Origin: Candidatus Falkowbacteria bacterium HGW-Falkowbacteria-1
GTDB lineage: Bacteria > Patescibacteriota > Patescibacteriia > Patescibacteriales > UBA12465
Length of the DNA stretch: 64,000 nucleotides
Reading direction: 5' to 3'
Assembly (NCBI GenBank): GCA_002840305.1
Contig: PHAI01000002.1
Span: 202,707-266,706 of the forward strand
Each line of letters begins with the position of its first letter. The stretch's first letter is position 1. The position numbers were made by a program, and so were the translations under genes. The notes under the pieces are model-generated. The model worked only from the letters and a program-made list of their open reading frames with translations. It ran no database searches and was not told the origin of the DNA. Below are positions 48,732 through 56,560 of the stretch, in pieces.

Positions 48732-48899
48732 TTAATCTTTGGATTGAAAAAAATCACAATGACCAGTGGGTGGAACTTCACTATTAGCTTCACCACAAAA
48801 ACCATCGCCTCCGCGACTCTGGAAACTGGTACATTTTTGACACTGAACTGCTTCATTATAATAATCGCTGACAAAATCAGCTTCAATTTCGTGAGACAT
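48732..48899 (-). CDS. 55-aa HiPIP-like four-Cys protein (not in ORF track)
   Basis: MSHEIEADFVSDYYNEAVQCQKCTSFQSRGGDGFCGEANSEVPPTGHCDFFQSKD*. Confidence 0.7.
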   Translation of the reverse strand: MSHEIEADFVSDYYNEAVQCQKCTSFQSRGGDGFCGEANSEVPPTGHCDFFQSKD

Positions 48900-48980
48900 A
48901 TTTTTTAATTTAAATTTTTAATACCTAAATTATAGATCAATTTTACCTTTAAATCAAACCAAAAATTAATATCTAAAAAT

Positions 48981-49005
48981 AAAAAAGGAGAACTTATGTT
49001 CTCCT
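48981..49005 (-). terminator. Terminator
   Basis: AGGAGAAC/GTTCTCCT stem with U-tract on minus strand. Confidence 0.75.
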
Positions 49006-49026
49006 GGTAATCAAATCCAAGAAATT

Positions 49027-49209
49027 TTAAACTTTTCTCAAAAAAGCCTTTCTTGTTTTTCTGACTTTTTTGGCTTCTCTTCCCTGATTTATAACATCTT
49101 GCTGGGCTGGAACAGGCTCTGGGTTTATTATCTTCGCCAAGTTCAGCTTTCTTAAAAAAAATCCGGGAATATAATTTACTTCAAATAAAAAATTTTTTAA
49201 TCTACTCAT
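49027..49209 (-). CDS. Small basic hypothetical protein
   Basis: 60 aa with AGGAGG SD upstream. Confidence 0.55.
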   Translation of the reverse strand: MSRLKNFLFEVNYIPGFFLRKLNLAKIINPEPVPAQQDVINQGREAKKVRKTRKAFLRKV

Positions 49210-49284
49210 AATGCAATCCTCCTAATAAAATTGAACAAAATAATAAATAGTCAATGCCTACATTGCATCAAAAACTAAAAAATT

Positions 49285-49506
49285 TTATTTCTTGCCTCCA
49301 AATATAATTTTCAAACCAGCAAGAACAATCAAAACAGCCAGAATCATTCCGATCAAAGGCCCAACCGCATCTAAGATAGAATAAGAAAGCCTGCTCAAAC
49401 CAGCGCCTAAAGCATCTGGGAATATAATTGCCAAAATTACTCCGACTGCTACAAGGCTAAACAGCAACCGCCTCGGAGTTCCAAAGAAAAAATTGAAATA
49501 ATTCAT
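49285..49506 (-). CDS. Small two-TM protein
   Basis: 73 aa, two hydrophobic helices, ends GGKK. Confidence 0.65.
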   Translation of the reverse strand: MNYFNFFFGTPRRLLFSLVAVGVILAIIFPDALGAGLSRLSYSILDAVGPLIGMILAVLIVLAGLKIIFGGKK

Positions 49507-49516
49507 TCTACAAGAT

Positions 49517-49798
49517 TTAGAGAGTTAACTTTTTTGGAAAAATAATTCGACTAGCAGTTGCAAACGCAAATTTGATAGCTAAAATCACTAATAAAAAAAT
49601 AACAACGAGTCCCTGCGCTAATTTAATAACGATAGCCTTTAACCAAGTATTTTTGTCAAAAAAGCTTATCCTCCACAATGTGGTAGATTTCCACTTTGCC
49701 CAAATTGGCAATTTTATATTTTTCCCTATTTTGTAAACAATTACTGCTAAAACAAAAATAAGAAAAACACACAAAGCCATAGAAAGATTTTGGTCCAT
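49517..49798 (-). CDS. Small two-TM protein
   Basis: From MDQNLS at 49798. Confidence 0.55.
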   Translation of the reverse strand: MDQNLSMALCVFLIFVLAVIVYKIGKNIKLPIWAKWKSTTLWRISFFDKNTWLKAIVIKLAQGLVVIFLLVILAIKFAFATASRIIFPKKLTL

Positions 49799-50098
49799 TT
49801 TTTTAATTTTTAAATTACTAATCAAATTAATTAATAAATCTACTAAATGCTAGCTAGCCCTAATAAACTTATTAATTAATTTGATCTTTGTTTTTTTTAA
49901 AAGAACTAAACCTAACTGAATATTATATCATATTTGCTTAAAAAAGTCAACATCACAAACAATGCAAGCTTGTTTATGTAAAAGTTACAAAGAATTAACA
50001 GAAAGTTCATCCTCCTTATGATAAATTGAATTAAATTGACTAAAGTGATATTTATGCTAAGATTAAAACAGTTATTTAAAAACCAAAACCGAGAAATC

Positions 50099-51169
50099 AT
50101 GAAAAAAGAAATCGAATCACAAGTCCTTTTTTTCAGCGGCAATGGCAATCATGCCCTGGGGGCCAGTACTCTCCGCAAGTTCAGTGAATTTGCTGGTACT
50201 GACTGTGTTTTTCAACATATTAATTTCGCCAGTTTTGCTGACAGAGAACCAGATAATCGCATTCCCCAGTATGAAAAAATTGCCGGAAAAATTGTTGTTT
50301 TCTACCAAAGCATGTTCACTCAAGAATTAGCAGAAGAAAGCCTAGAATTGATTTGGACCCTGAAAAAACAATATGGAGCCATTTATCTTATCGCGGTTTT
50401 CCCTTTTTTACGTTTTAGAAGACAAGATCACCCCGAAAAAAAACATGAAATTAATCGTCTAAAAATGATCATTGATCGCCTAGCTCATGCAGGTGCGGAC
50501 GAGATGATTGTTGCCACGCCACATTCCGAGCAAATGGCTGAAAATTGTGACCAATATGGTATTAAATTCCACCATGTTGACCCCTCTGGTTTCTTTGCGG
50601 AAACCATAAAAACTTATTTGCCTACCAAGACCGACGGTTTGACCCACGTTTATGCTCCTGACTTAGGATCAGTACCGAGAGCCGTTACCTTGGCCAAATT
50701 GCTCAATGGTTCGGTTCTCTACAGCGTCAAAAAAAGAGACTTGAACGACGAAACTGATATTATTTCTCTAACAACGGAAAAAACAAAAGAAATTAGTGAT
50801 AAACTTCAAACAAATTATAATTTTCCTCAAATCAATTATGCTCATCCAGAGAGCATCAAAGGAAAAATTATTATTATGGTCGAGGATGAAGTTTCTACTG
50901 GTGATACCGCCAACAGAACTGGTCGCCATTTAAAAAAATGCGGGGCGGCCTCAATATTTTTTCTCGCCACTCATGCCGTTCTTACTCCCGGATGGAGAAA
51001 TAAATTGTTTCACGAAAATCCTTTCGAAAAAATAATTATGACAAACTCCATTACCAGAGATTACGAAAAAAGAACCGGTGGTTTTATTCATGATATATCG
51101 CTCAGTCTCCCTTTGGCGACAACGATATACCAGGCAGTAAAAAACCGACTTCAACAAGGCACACCATAG
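50099..51169 (+). CDS. Divergent ribose-phosphate pyrophosphokinase-like protein
   Basis: FADRE, RRQD, APDLGS, KKR, VEDEVSTGDT, ATHAV. Confidence 0.8.
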   Translation: MKKEIESQVLFFSGNGNHALGASTLRKFSEFAGTDCVFQHINFASFADREPDNRIPQYEKIAGKIVVFYQSMFTQELAEESLELIWTLKKQYGAIYLIAVFPFLRFRRQDHPEKKHEINRLKMIIDRLAHAGADEMIVATPHSEQMAENCDQYGIKFHHVDPSGFFAETIKTYLPTKTDGLTHVYAPDLGSVPRAVTLAKLLNGSVLYSVKKRDLNDETDIISLTTEKTKEISDKLQTNYNFPQINYAHPESIKGKIIIMVEDEVSTGDTANRTGRHLKKCGAASIFFLATHAVLTPGWRNKLFHENPFEKIIMTNSITRDYEKRTGGFIHDISLSLPLATTIYQAVKNRLQQGTP

Positions 51170-51188
51170 CTTCGACGAATCTCCTTGC

Positions 51189-51249
51189 CCCCAGTTAAAA
51201 TGCTGGGGTTTTTTATATACAAAAAAAGCCGCAACATAAAGTTACGGCT
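51189..51249. terminator. Back-to-back terminators of convergent genes
   Basis: CCCCAG/CTGGGG plus T run (+); AGCCGCAAC/GTTACGGCT plus U-tract (-). Confidence 0.75.
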
Positions 51250-51256
51250 AAAAACA

Positions 51257-52276
51257 CTAATAACGAACCACTAAATATGCATTAAGATTTTTATATAACA
51301 AATCATAACGCAATTCAACAATAATCCTACCATTGCCTCCTTTCCAGTCTTTATAAAGCTCTATGGAGGGAGCCAGGCGAAGATTGTCACGGTATTCGCT
51401 ATTTACTCCAACGGCCATTCTAACAAAATCGTTTCCAACTTTTTTCCCCATTATAAGTTCATAATTATGAACCCCATTAGTGCGCCTTCCATCAAGTTTC
51501 AAGGAATAAGATCCCTTGCTTGATATTGGCGAAAAATGTTGAAAGAAAAAAGCTGGAACAATTAAATAGCTTGAAGCAAAAATATATAAGTCCTGCGAGA
51601 AAAAACTTTGATCAATCTCACCAAAACCAGCTTGCGATCTAAACCAAAAATTACCACTTTCAGGTTGGTAATTCAGAAAAGTGAAATTACCAAACTTTTC
51701 AAAATTTTTGGTTCCAAACATTCCCCAATACTGTCTGCGTTGATTGTATTGGAGGCCTAATGAAACAAATAAATGCTCAGGATGATAAGCCAACCAAGTG
51801 TAAACAGCATCGTTACTGTTTAACCTCTCTAAATAAGTGTGGCTAGCCACAACATAAGTCTCTGTCGTAAAATTACCGCATGACAGTCTAGATCCAATGA
51901 AATCGTGGGGGGTAGAATTTTGGCTAACTATTCTGCCAAGTTCTAGCATGGCATTAAATTTGCCAAACTTTTTTTCCGCCCAAAGATCAAATATAAATTG
52001 ATCATCTATACCACCGTCTCCAATTTTCATCAACATTGCACCAATACTACCAATAGAATCGGACAAAATTTTTGGCACCTTTACACCAAAAACATCCTTG
52101 TCCAATGATTTGTGGTCATATTTAATACTAAAAACATCGGTACAAACCTCAATCCTTTGAGTCGATAATTTAACGCTACTGGTGTCAACACCAACGCCAC
52201 TTTCAATATTCACTGATTGGGCGCAAACTTCAAGACCTAAAATAATCAAAATCGCAGATATCCAATATTTATTCAT
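51257..52276 (-). CDS. Secreted beta-strand-rich protein, outer-membrane beta-barrel-like
   Basis: Signal peptide (VCA-Q), alternating amphipathic strands, C-terminal YLVVRY. Confidence 0.6.
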   Translation of the reverse strand: MNKYWISAILIILGLEVCAQSVNIESGVGVDTSSVKLSTQRIEVCTDVFSIKYDHKSLDKDVFGVKVPKILSDSIGSIGAMLMKIGDGGIDDQFIFDLWAEKKFGKFNAMLELGRIVSQNSTPHDFIGSRLSCGNFTTETYVVASHTYLERLNSNDAVYTWLAYHPEHLFVSLGLQYNQRRQYWGMFGTKNFEKFGNFTFLNYQPESGNFWFRSQAGFGEIDQSFFSQDLYIFASSYLIVPAFFFQHFSPISSKGSYSLKLDGRRTNGVHNYELIMGKKVGNDFVRMAVGVNSEYRDNLRLAPSIELYKDWKGGNGRIIVELRYDLLYKNLNAYLVVRY

Positions 52277-52345
52277 TTTAATTTCTCCCGTTAGTTAATA
52301 ATTAATTAATAAAATAATTTTAAAAAAATCATTAAATAATAATTA

Positions 52346-53515
52346 TTAACAAAACAGAGGTATTGGATCTGGATTTTTTATAAATCCTGGTTTTTGTTTT
52401 GATGAATTATAAATAATAAATCGCCAAATAAAGTTCGCATAAAGAACAACTTCTCGTTCTAAAAAAAGAACCTCATCTGCTACAAAAACATTATCCCGCA
52501 CAACATCCTGCTTAAAGCAACTTTGTTCTAAGATAGGAGGAGGGTTAGTAAGCATATGTACTTCACTAAAGAATCTAACATGATTAATATCAGAAAGTAC
52601 AACACCTTTAGCATCAACAACACTTGGCATTAATAAGAAAAAAATGCTAACAGCAACTACTGGAATCAACGAGTGTCTGCGAACCAAATGTTGATTGTCC
52701 AAATAATTTCGATAATCACTAAGCCTTAGATCTCTATCGACAAAATGTTTAATGTCAGCCCACTCGTCTTCGGAAAACAAAGCAAAAATATTTGCTTGCC
52801 TCCTTCTGAGTTCAATATTCATGGCAAACATTCTTGCTCCTCTTTGGACTGATTGGATCCAAACTCGAATAATAACAACAGGGTACAAAACTAAACAAAC
52901 CATAAAACTCACAGGATTATTGATTTTAATTTTATCCCTATCCTGATACCACCAAAGCCAAAGAAGAACAAAGGCCAAAAGCAAATTCTCACAATAAAAA
53001 CTAAACAACCACGACAAAAAGCTAAGAAAAACACCAAACCAAAAACCGGGAGCATCAACTTTGGCTTTAAATTCTATGGCTCTCTGTTTAGCCTCTGGAT
53101 CAACTATGCTCTCATGTTTTTCCTGAGCACCAGAAAGTCTAGCCATAAAAATTTTATACTCTGCATCAGAGCTGTTCCGACGATAACGAGTAAGGTTATT
53201 GTGAAAAAATGAGTTCAAGGTCTGTACTGAGTTTTGAACATAGGTTATCGCAAAACGATCAAAATCGTTTTCTTTCTCCTTTAGTCTTATATCACTCAAG
53301 TCAGAAAAATACTCTTCGGGACCATAATTGTTCCCCATTTTCTCGGCTCGTGCTATTTTCTCATTTAAATACTGGATATCAGCCTTTCCATGATCATCCT
53401 TGATCGGAGGAGGCTGACTTTTATCAATATTAATGATAAAAGAAAAAAAACCAATATTATAAAGAAAAAAAGCTGCCAAAAGCATCTTGATACTTATTGA
53501 TACAACTTTTCTCAT
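52346..53515 (-). CDS. Multi-TM hypothetical protein with Pro-rich C-terminal tail
   Basis: 389 aa, several TMs, two PPP motifs, ends GFIKNPDPIPLFC. Confidence 0.7.
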   Translation of the reverse strand: MRKVVSISIKMLLAAFFLYNIGFFSFIINIDKSQPPPIKDDHGKADIQYLNEKIARAEKMGNNYGPEEYFSDLSDIRLKEKENDFDRFAITYVQNSVQTLNSFFHNNLTRYRRNSSDAEYKIFMARLSGAQEKHESIVDPEAKQRAIEFKAKVDAPGFWFGVFLSFLSWLFSFYCENLLLAFVLLWLWWYQDRDKIKINNPVSFMVCLVLYPVVIIRVWIQSVQRGARMFAMNIELRRRQANIFALFSEDEWADIKHFVDRDLRLSDYRNYLDNQHLVRRHSLIPVVAVSIFFLLMPSVVDAKGVVLSDINHVRFFSEVHMLTNPPPILEQSCFKQDVVRDNVFVADEVLFLEREVVLYANFIWRFIIYNSSKQKPGFIKNPDPIPLFC

Positions 53516-53576
53516 GATTTTCAGAATTTTAAGTTTATTAAATTTTTAAAGAAAATGCTCGAAAGAGCAACACAAG

Positions 53577-53605
53577 ATTATATCATAATATCATATCTTT
53601 GTCAA
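53577..53605 (-). promoter_or_regulatory. Consensus sigma70 promoter for the 53515-51257 gene pair
   Basis: Minus strand TTGACA-N17-TATAAT. Confidence 0.8.
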
Positions 53606-53706
53606 CATAATCAATAAACCTTAAATATTCCGGTCCCCATTTCGATGTCTTTTAAAATAAAAAACTCGCCTGGTTTAGACGAGTCTTGGGCAAATTATAT
53701 TTATTC

Positions 53707-54237
53707 CTATTTGAACATTGGTTTGGCTAAAAAAGCATATTCAATCCCTTGAATAATATCTTCTTCAAGAACAACCCCAAGGACCCTAAGGACGTTTTCA
53801 TTGCCGCCCAAAAAAGGATAGGCTTTTTTGCCGTCTATTTTCAAACAAGTTCCCAAGCAAACAATGCTCATTGATTCTTGTCGCCCTGGATTCATAGCTC
53901 CAAAAATAATAAGATCAACAAAATCAGCTGGTTTAAAACTTTCTTCCAACATTCTGTCTCTTATTATTTCCAAATTCATTTTTTCCATTGCGTATTCTTC
54001 TTCGCATCTGCCACCAGCTAAAACCCAAAAAATTTCAGTCGGCGATTTAATACCGTTGTTCCACTCAGTCATAGAGATAAATTTCTCTATTTCTGGATAA
54101 ACAAAATCATAATTAGCCCAATCAACAAATCGTCTTACGAGTATATTTCTTTCAAACTTGTAAGAACACATAGGGACATTAATTCCTAACTTGGATTTAA
54201 CATCAACCGTAGTCTGCGAATTACCATGATTTTCCAT
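53707..54237 (-). CDS. Hypothetical protein
   Basis: 176 aa, AGGAGG SD; FKPADFVDLIIFGAMNP and IVCLGT...YPFL motifs. Confidence 0.65.
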   Translation of the reverse strand: MENHGNSQTTVDVKSKLGINVPMCSYKFERNILVRRFVDWANYDFVYPEIEKFISMTEWNNGIKSPTEIFWVLAGGRCEEEYAMEKMNLEIIRDRMLEESFKPADFVDLIIFGAMNPGRQESMSIVCLGTCLKIDGKKAYPFLGGNENVLRVLGVVLEEDIIQGIEYAFLAKPMFK

Positions 54238-54338
54238 ATCGCGATCGCCCTCCTACTTTACTCAGAGGGTCTTTTTTTGATTTTACCTTAAACGAACTAA
54301 GAATATATAATCATTTTTTTAATAAAAAGTCAACGCCT

Positions 54339-54367
54339 TTGACAATAAAATTAAAATGAACTATAAT
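54339..54367 (+). promoter_or_regulatory. tRNA promoter
   Basis: TTGACA-N17-TATAAT. Confidence 0.85.
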
Positions 54368-54386
54368 TTTCCTATTGAAAACAAAA

Positions 54387-54471
54387 GCCGATGTGGTGAA
54401 ACTGGTAAACACGCACGACTCAAACTCGTGTGCCGAAAGGTTTGTGGGTTCGAGTCCCACCATCGGCACCA
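54387..54471 (+). tRNA. tRNA-Leu(CAA)
   Basis: GCCGATG/CATCGGC acceptor stem, CACGA-CTCAAAC-TCGTG anticodon arm, long variable arm, GGTTCGAGTCC, encoded CCA. Confidence 0.95.
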
Positions 54472-55439
54472 AAATGCTTTTCATAAATAGCCAACCTTTC
54501 GTTGGCTATTTTTGTATATTTTAACCAAAAACTTTCTGATCTCTTTTTAGATTTTATAGCCGAAGCTAAAGCCCAAACAATTCCACTGAGAATAATTAAC
54601 TTCAAAGCCCTTTCTACCTCTAGCTTCAATTCTTTTGCATTAAACTTAATGTTGCCTTCTTTTATGTAAAGGGAAATAAATTTTTTTTGAAAACTGTCTG
54701 TTATATCGCCACAATAAAAAAACATATTAGCTAAAATCAAGCCAATGTCCTTTGTAAATTTAGCGTTGTCCCAATCTATAAAAAAAAGTTGATTATTCTT
54801 ATTCAAAATAATGTTAGCCCCAGCTAAATCACCATGATCAAAAAACACTCTTTTATCTGTCCAATCTATATCTTTGTATTCCTTTTTTAATAACACTAAA
54901 TTATTTTTTAAATAATCCATTTTTTTATCAAAACTACTATCAAACAAAATGTTTTTATTCCTTTTTAAATAAGTCATTTTGATTTTTAAAATTGAGTCTA
55001 TTCTTTTCTCGCTATCTTCCAAAATATCAAAATTCAACTTTTTTCCAGATGTAAATTTGCCAAAATCTTTATATTCCAAACTATTTACTCTTATCATCTT
55101 CATTAAAAACTCTTTTAGATGTTTTTGGTTTAAATCTTTAACCGAAAATTCTTGACCATCAATATAATCTGTTAACAAAAATTTATTTTTCTTATCAAAA
55201 AAAATTGCCTTTTGAGCAAAGCCAATGTTTTCTTTTTCTATAAACTTGGAAACGATATAGGCTTTCTCTAGCCTGTTTTTACTGGCCACAGAACTTTTCA
55301 TTAATCGCAAAACATACTGCTTGCCAAAATCATTAACCAAAAAAGCTTGATAATTATTTCCGGCTCCCAAACTTCTAAACTCTGGGCTTTTAACAATTTT
55401 TTTATTAACTAAAATTTTTAAAACTTTTTCTATTTTCAT
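54420..55439 (-). CDS. APH/choline kinase-like phosphotransferase
   Basis: LGAGNNY, YVLR, HGDLAGANII, FIDWD. Confidence 0.85.
   Translation of the reverse strand: MKIEKVLKILVNKKIVKSPEFRSLGAGNNYQAFLVNDFGKQYVLRLMKSSVASKNRLEKAYIVSKFIEKENIGFAQKAIFFDKKNKFLLTDYIDGQEFSVKDLNQKHLKEFLMKMIRVNSLEYKDFGKFTSGKKLNFDILEDSEKRIDSILKIKMTYLKRNKNILFDSSFDKKMDYLKNNLVLLKKEYKDIDWTDKRVFFDHGDLAGANIILNKNNQLFFIDWDNAKFTKDIGLILANMFFYCGDITDSFQKKFISLYIKEGNIKFNAKELKLEVERALKLIILSGIVWALASAIKSKKRSESFWLKYTKIANERLAIYEKHFGADGGTRTHKPFGTRV
54485..54513 (+). terminator. tRNA terminator (inside antisense CDS)
   Basis: AAATAGCCAAC/GTTGGCTATTT 11-bp stem plus T run. Confidence 0.8.
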
Positions 55440-55450
55440 AAAATAAAAAA

Positions 55451-56548
55451 CTAAAATATTATTCCACCGCCCAAAACTTCTTTTCCATTATAGAAAACAG
55501 CACTTTGACCAGGAGTTATTGATCTTTGTTTCTTAAAAAATTTAACCTTATAAACATCGTTTGTTTTATTATAACTCAATAAACAAGAAACAGGTTTATG
55601 GCGATACCGAATAACAACCTTTGTCTTTACCGGCTCTCCCTTTTTCATGGAAGTAGCTAAATTTTTGTTTATCCAATTAACATCTTGAAGCGCCATCTCT
55701 TTTCCGTATAATATGGGATCATCAAAATTTTTAACAACATACAAATCATTATTTTTATAATCAAATTTAGCAGCATAATATGGTCCTGTTCCTCCAATTT
55801 CTACTCCCCTTCTTTGACCAATGGTGTAAAGTGGAAGCCCTTGATGCTGACTAATAATTTTCCCTTCAGGCCAGAGTCTGATATTACCAGGTTTCAACTT
55901 TAAATATTTTTTTAAAAAATCATTATGTCTTTTACCAGAAATGAAGCAAATCTCCTGGCTATCATTTTTAGAAGCAACCAGTAATCCTGACTTTTTAGCA
56001 AATTTTCTAACTGCTGGCTTTTTCCACTTTCCCAAAGGAAAAATAAGGTGTTTTAGCTGTTTTTGATTTAAAGTATACAAAAAATAAGACTGATCCTTGT
56101 CTTTGTCCACTCCTTTTAACATCTTAAAATTTTTACCATCCTTTTCTACCCCTACATAATGACCGGTAGCCAAATAATCAAAACCCAATGACAAGGCGTA
56201 ATCTATCAGCCCTCCTATTTTTATCTTTTTATTACAAATCACGCAGGGGTTGGGTGTTCTACCAATTTGATATTCATTCAAGAAATTATCAACAACCTCC
56301 TTCTTAAATTTACTAGAAAAATTAAAAGTATAAAAAGGAACACCTAGGTCGAGGCAAACTTTTTTAGCATCCATCTGAGCCTCAAGTGAACAACATTTAT
56401 TTTCGACTGAATTAGTTCCTGGCTCTTTCCAAAAATTTAAAAAAATACCGCTAACATCATATCTCTGGTCAATTAATAATTTAGCAGAAACGGCCGAATC
56501 AACTCCGCCAGATATAGCTACTAAAACCTTTTTTTTCTTCTTTTCCAT
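55451..56548 (-). CDS. mnmA: tRNA 2-thiouridylase
   Basis: SGGVDS, TPNPCVICN, ATGHY, KDQSYFL, SQEICF, TPGQSAVFY. Confidence 0.97.
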   Translation of the reverse strand: MEKKKKKVLVAISGGVDSAVSAKLLIDQRYDVSGIFLNFWKEPGTNSVENKCCSLEAQMDAKKVCLDLGVPFYTFNFSSKFKKEVVDNFLNEYQIGRTPNPCVICNKKIKIGGLIDYALSLGFDYLATGHYVGVEKDGKNFKMLKGVDKDKDQSYFLYTLNQKQLKHLIFPLGKWKKPAVRKFAKKSGLLVASKNDSQEICFISGKRHNDFLKKYLKLKPGNIRLWPEGKIISQHQGLPLYTIGQRRGVEIGGTGPYYAAKFDYKNNDLYVVKNFDDPILYGKEMALQDVNWINKNLATSMKKGEPVKTKVVIRYRHKPVSCLLSYNKTNDVYKVKFFKKQRSITPGQSAVFYNGKEVLGGGIIF

Positions 56549-56560
56549 TTAAAAAAATAA

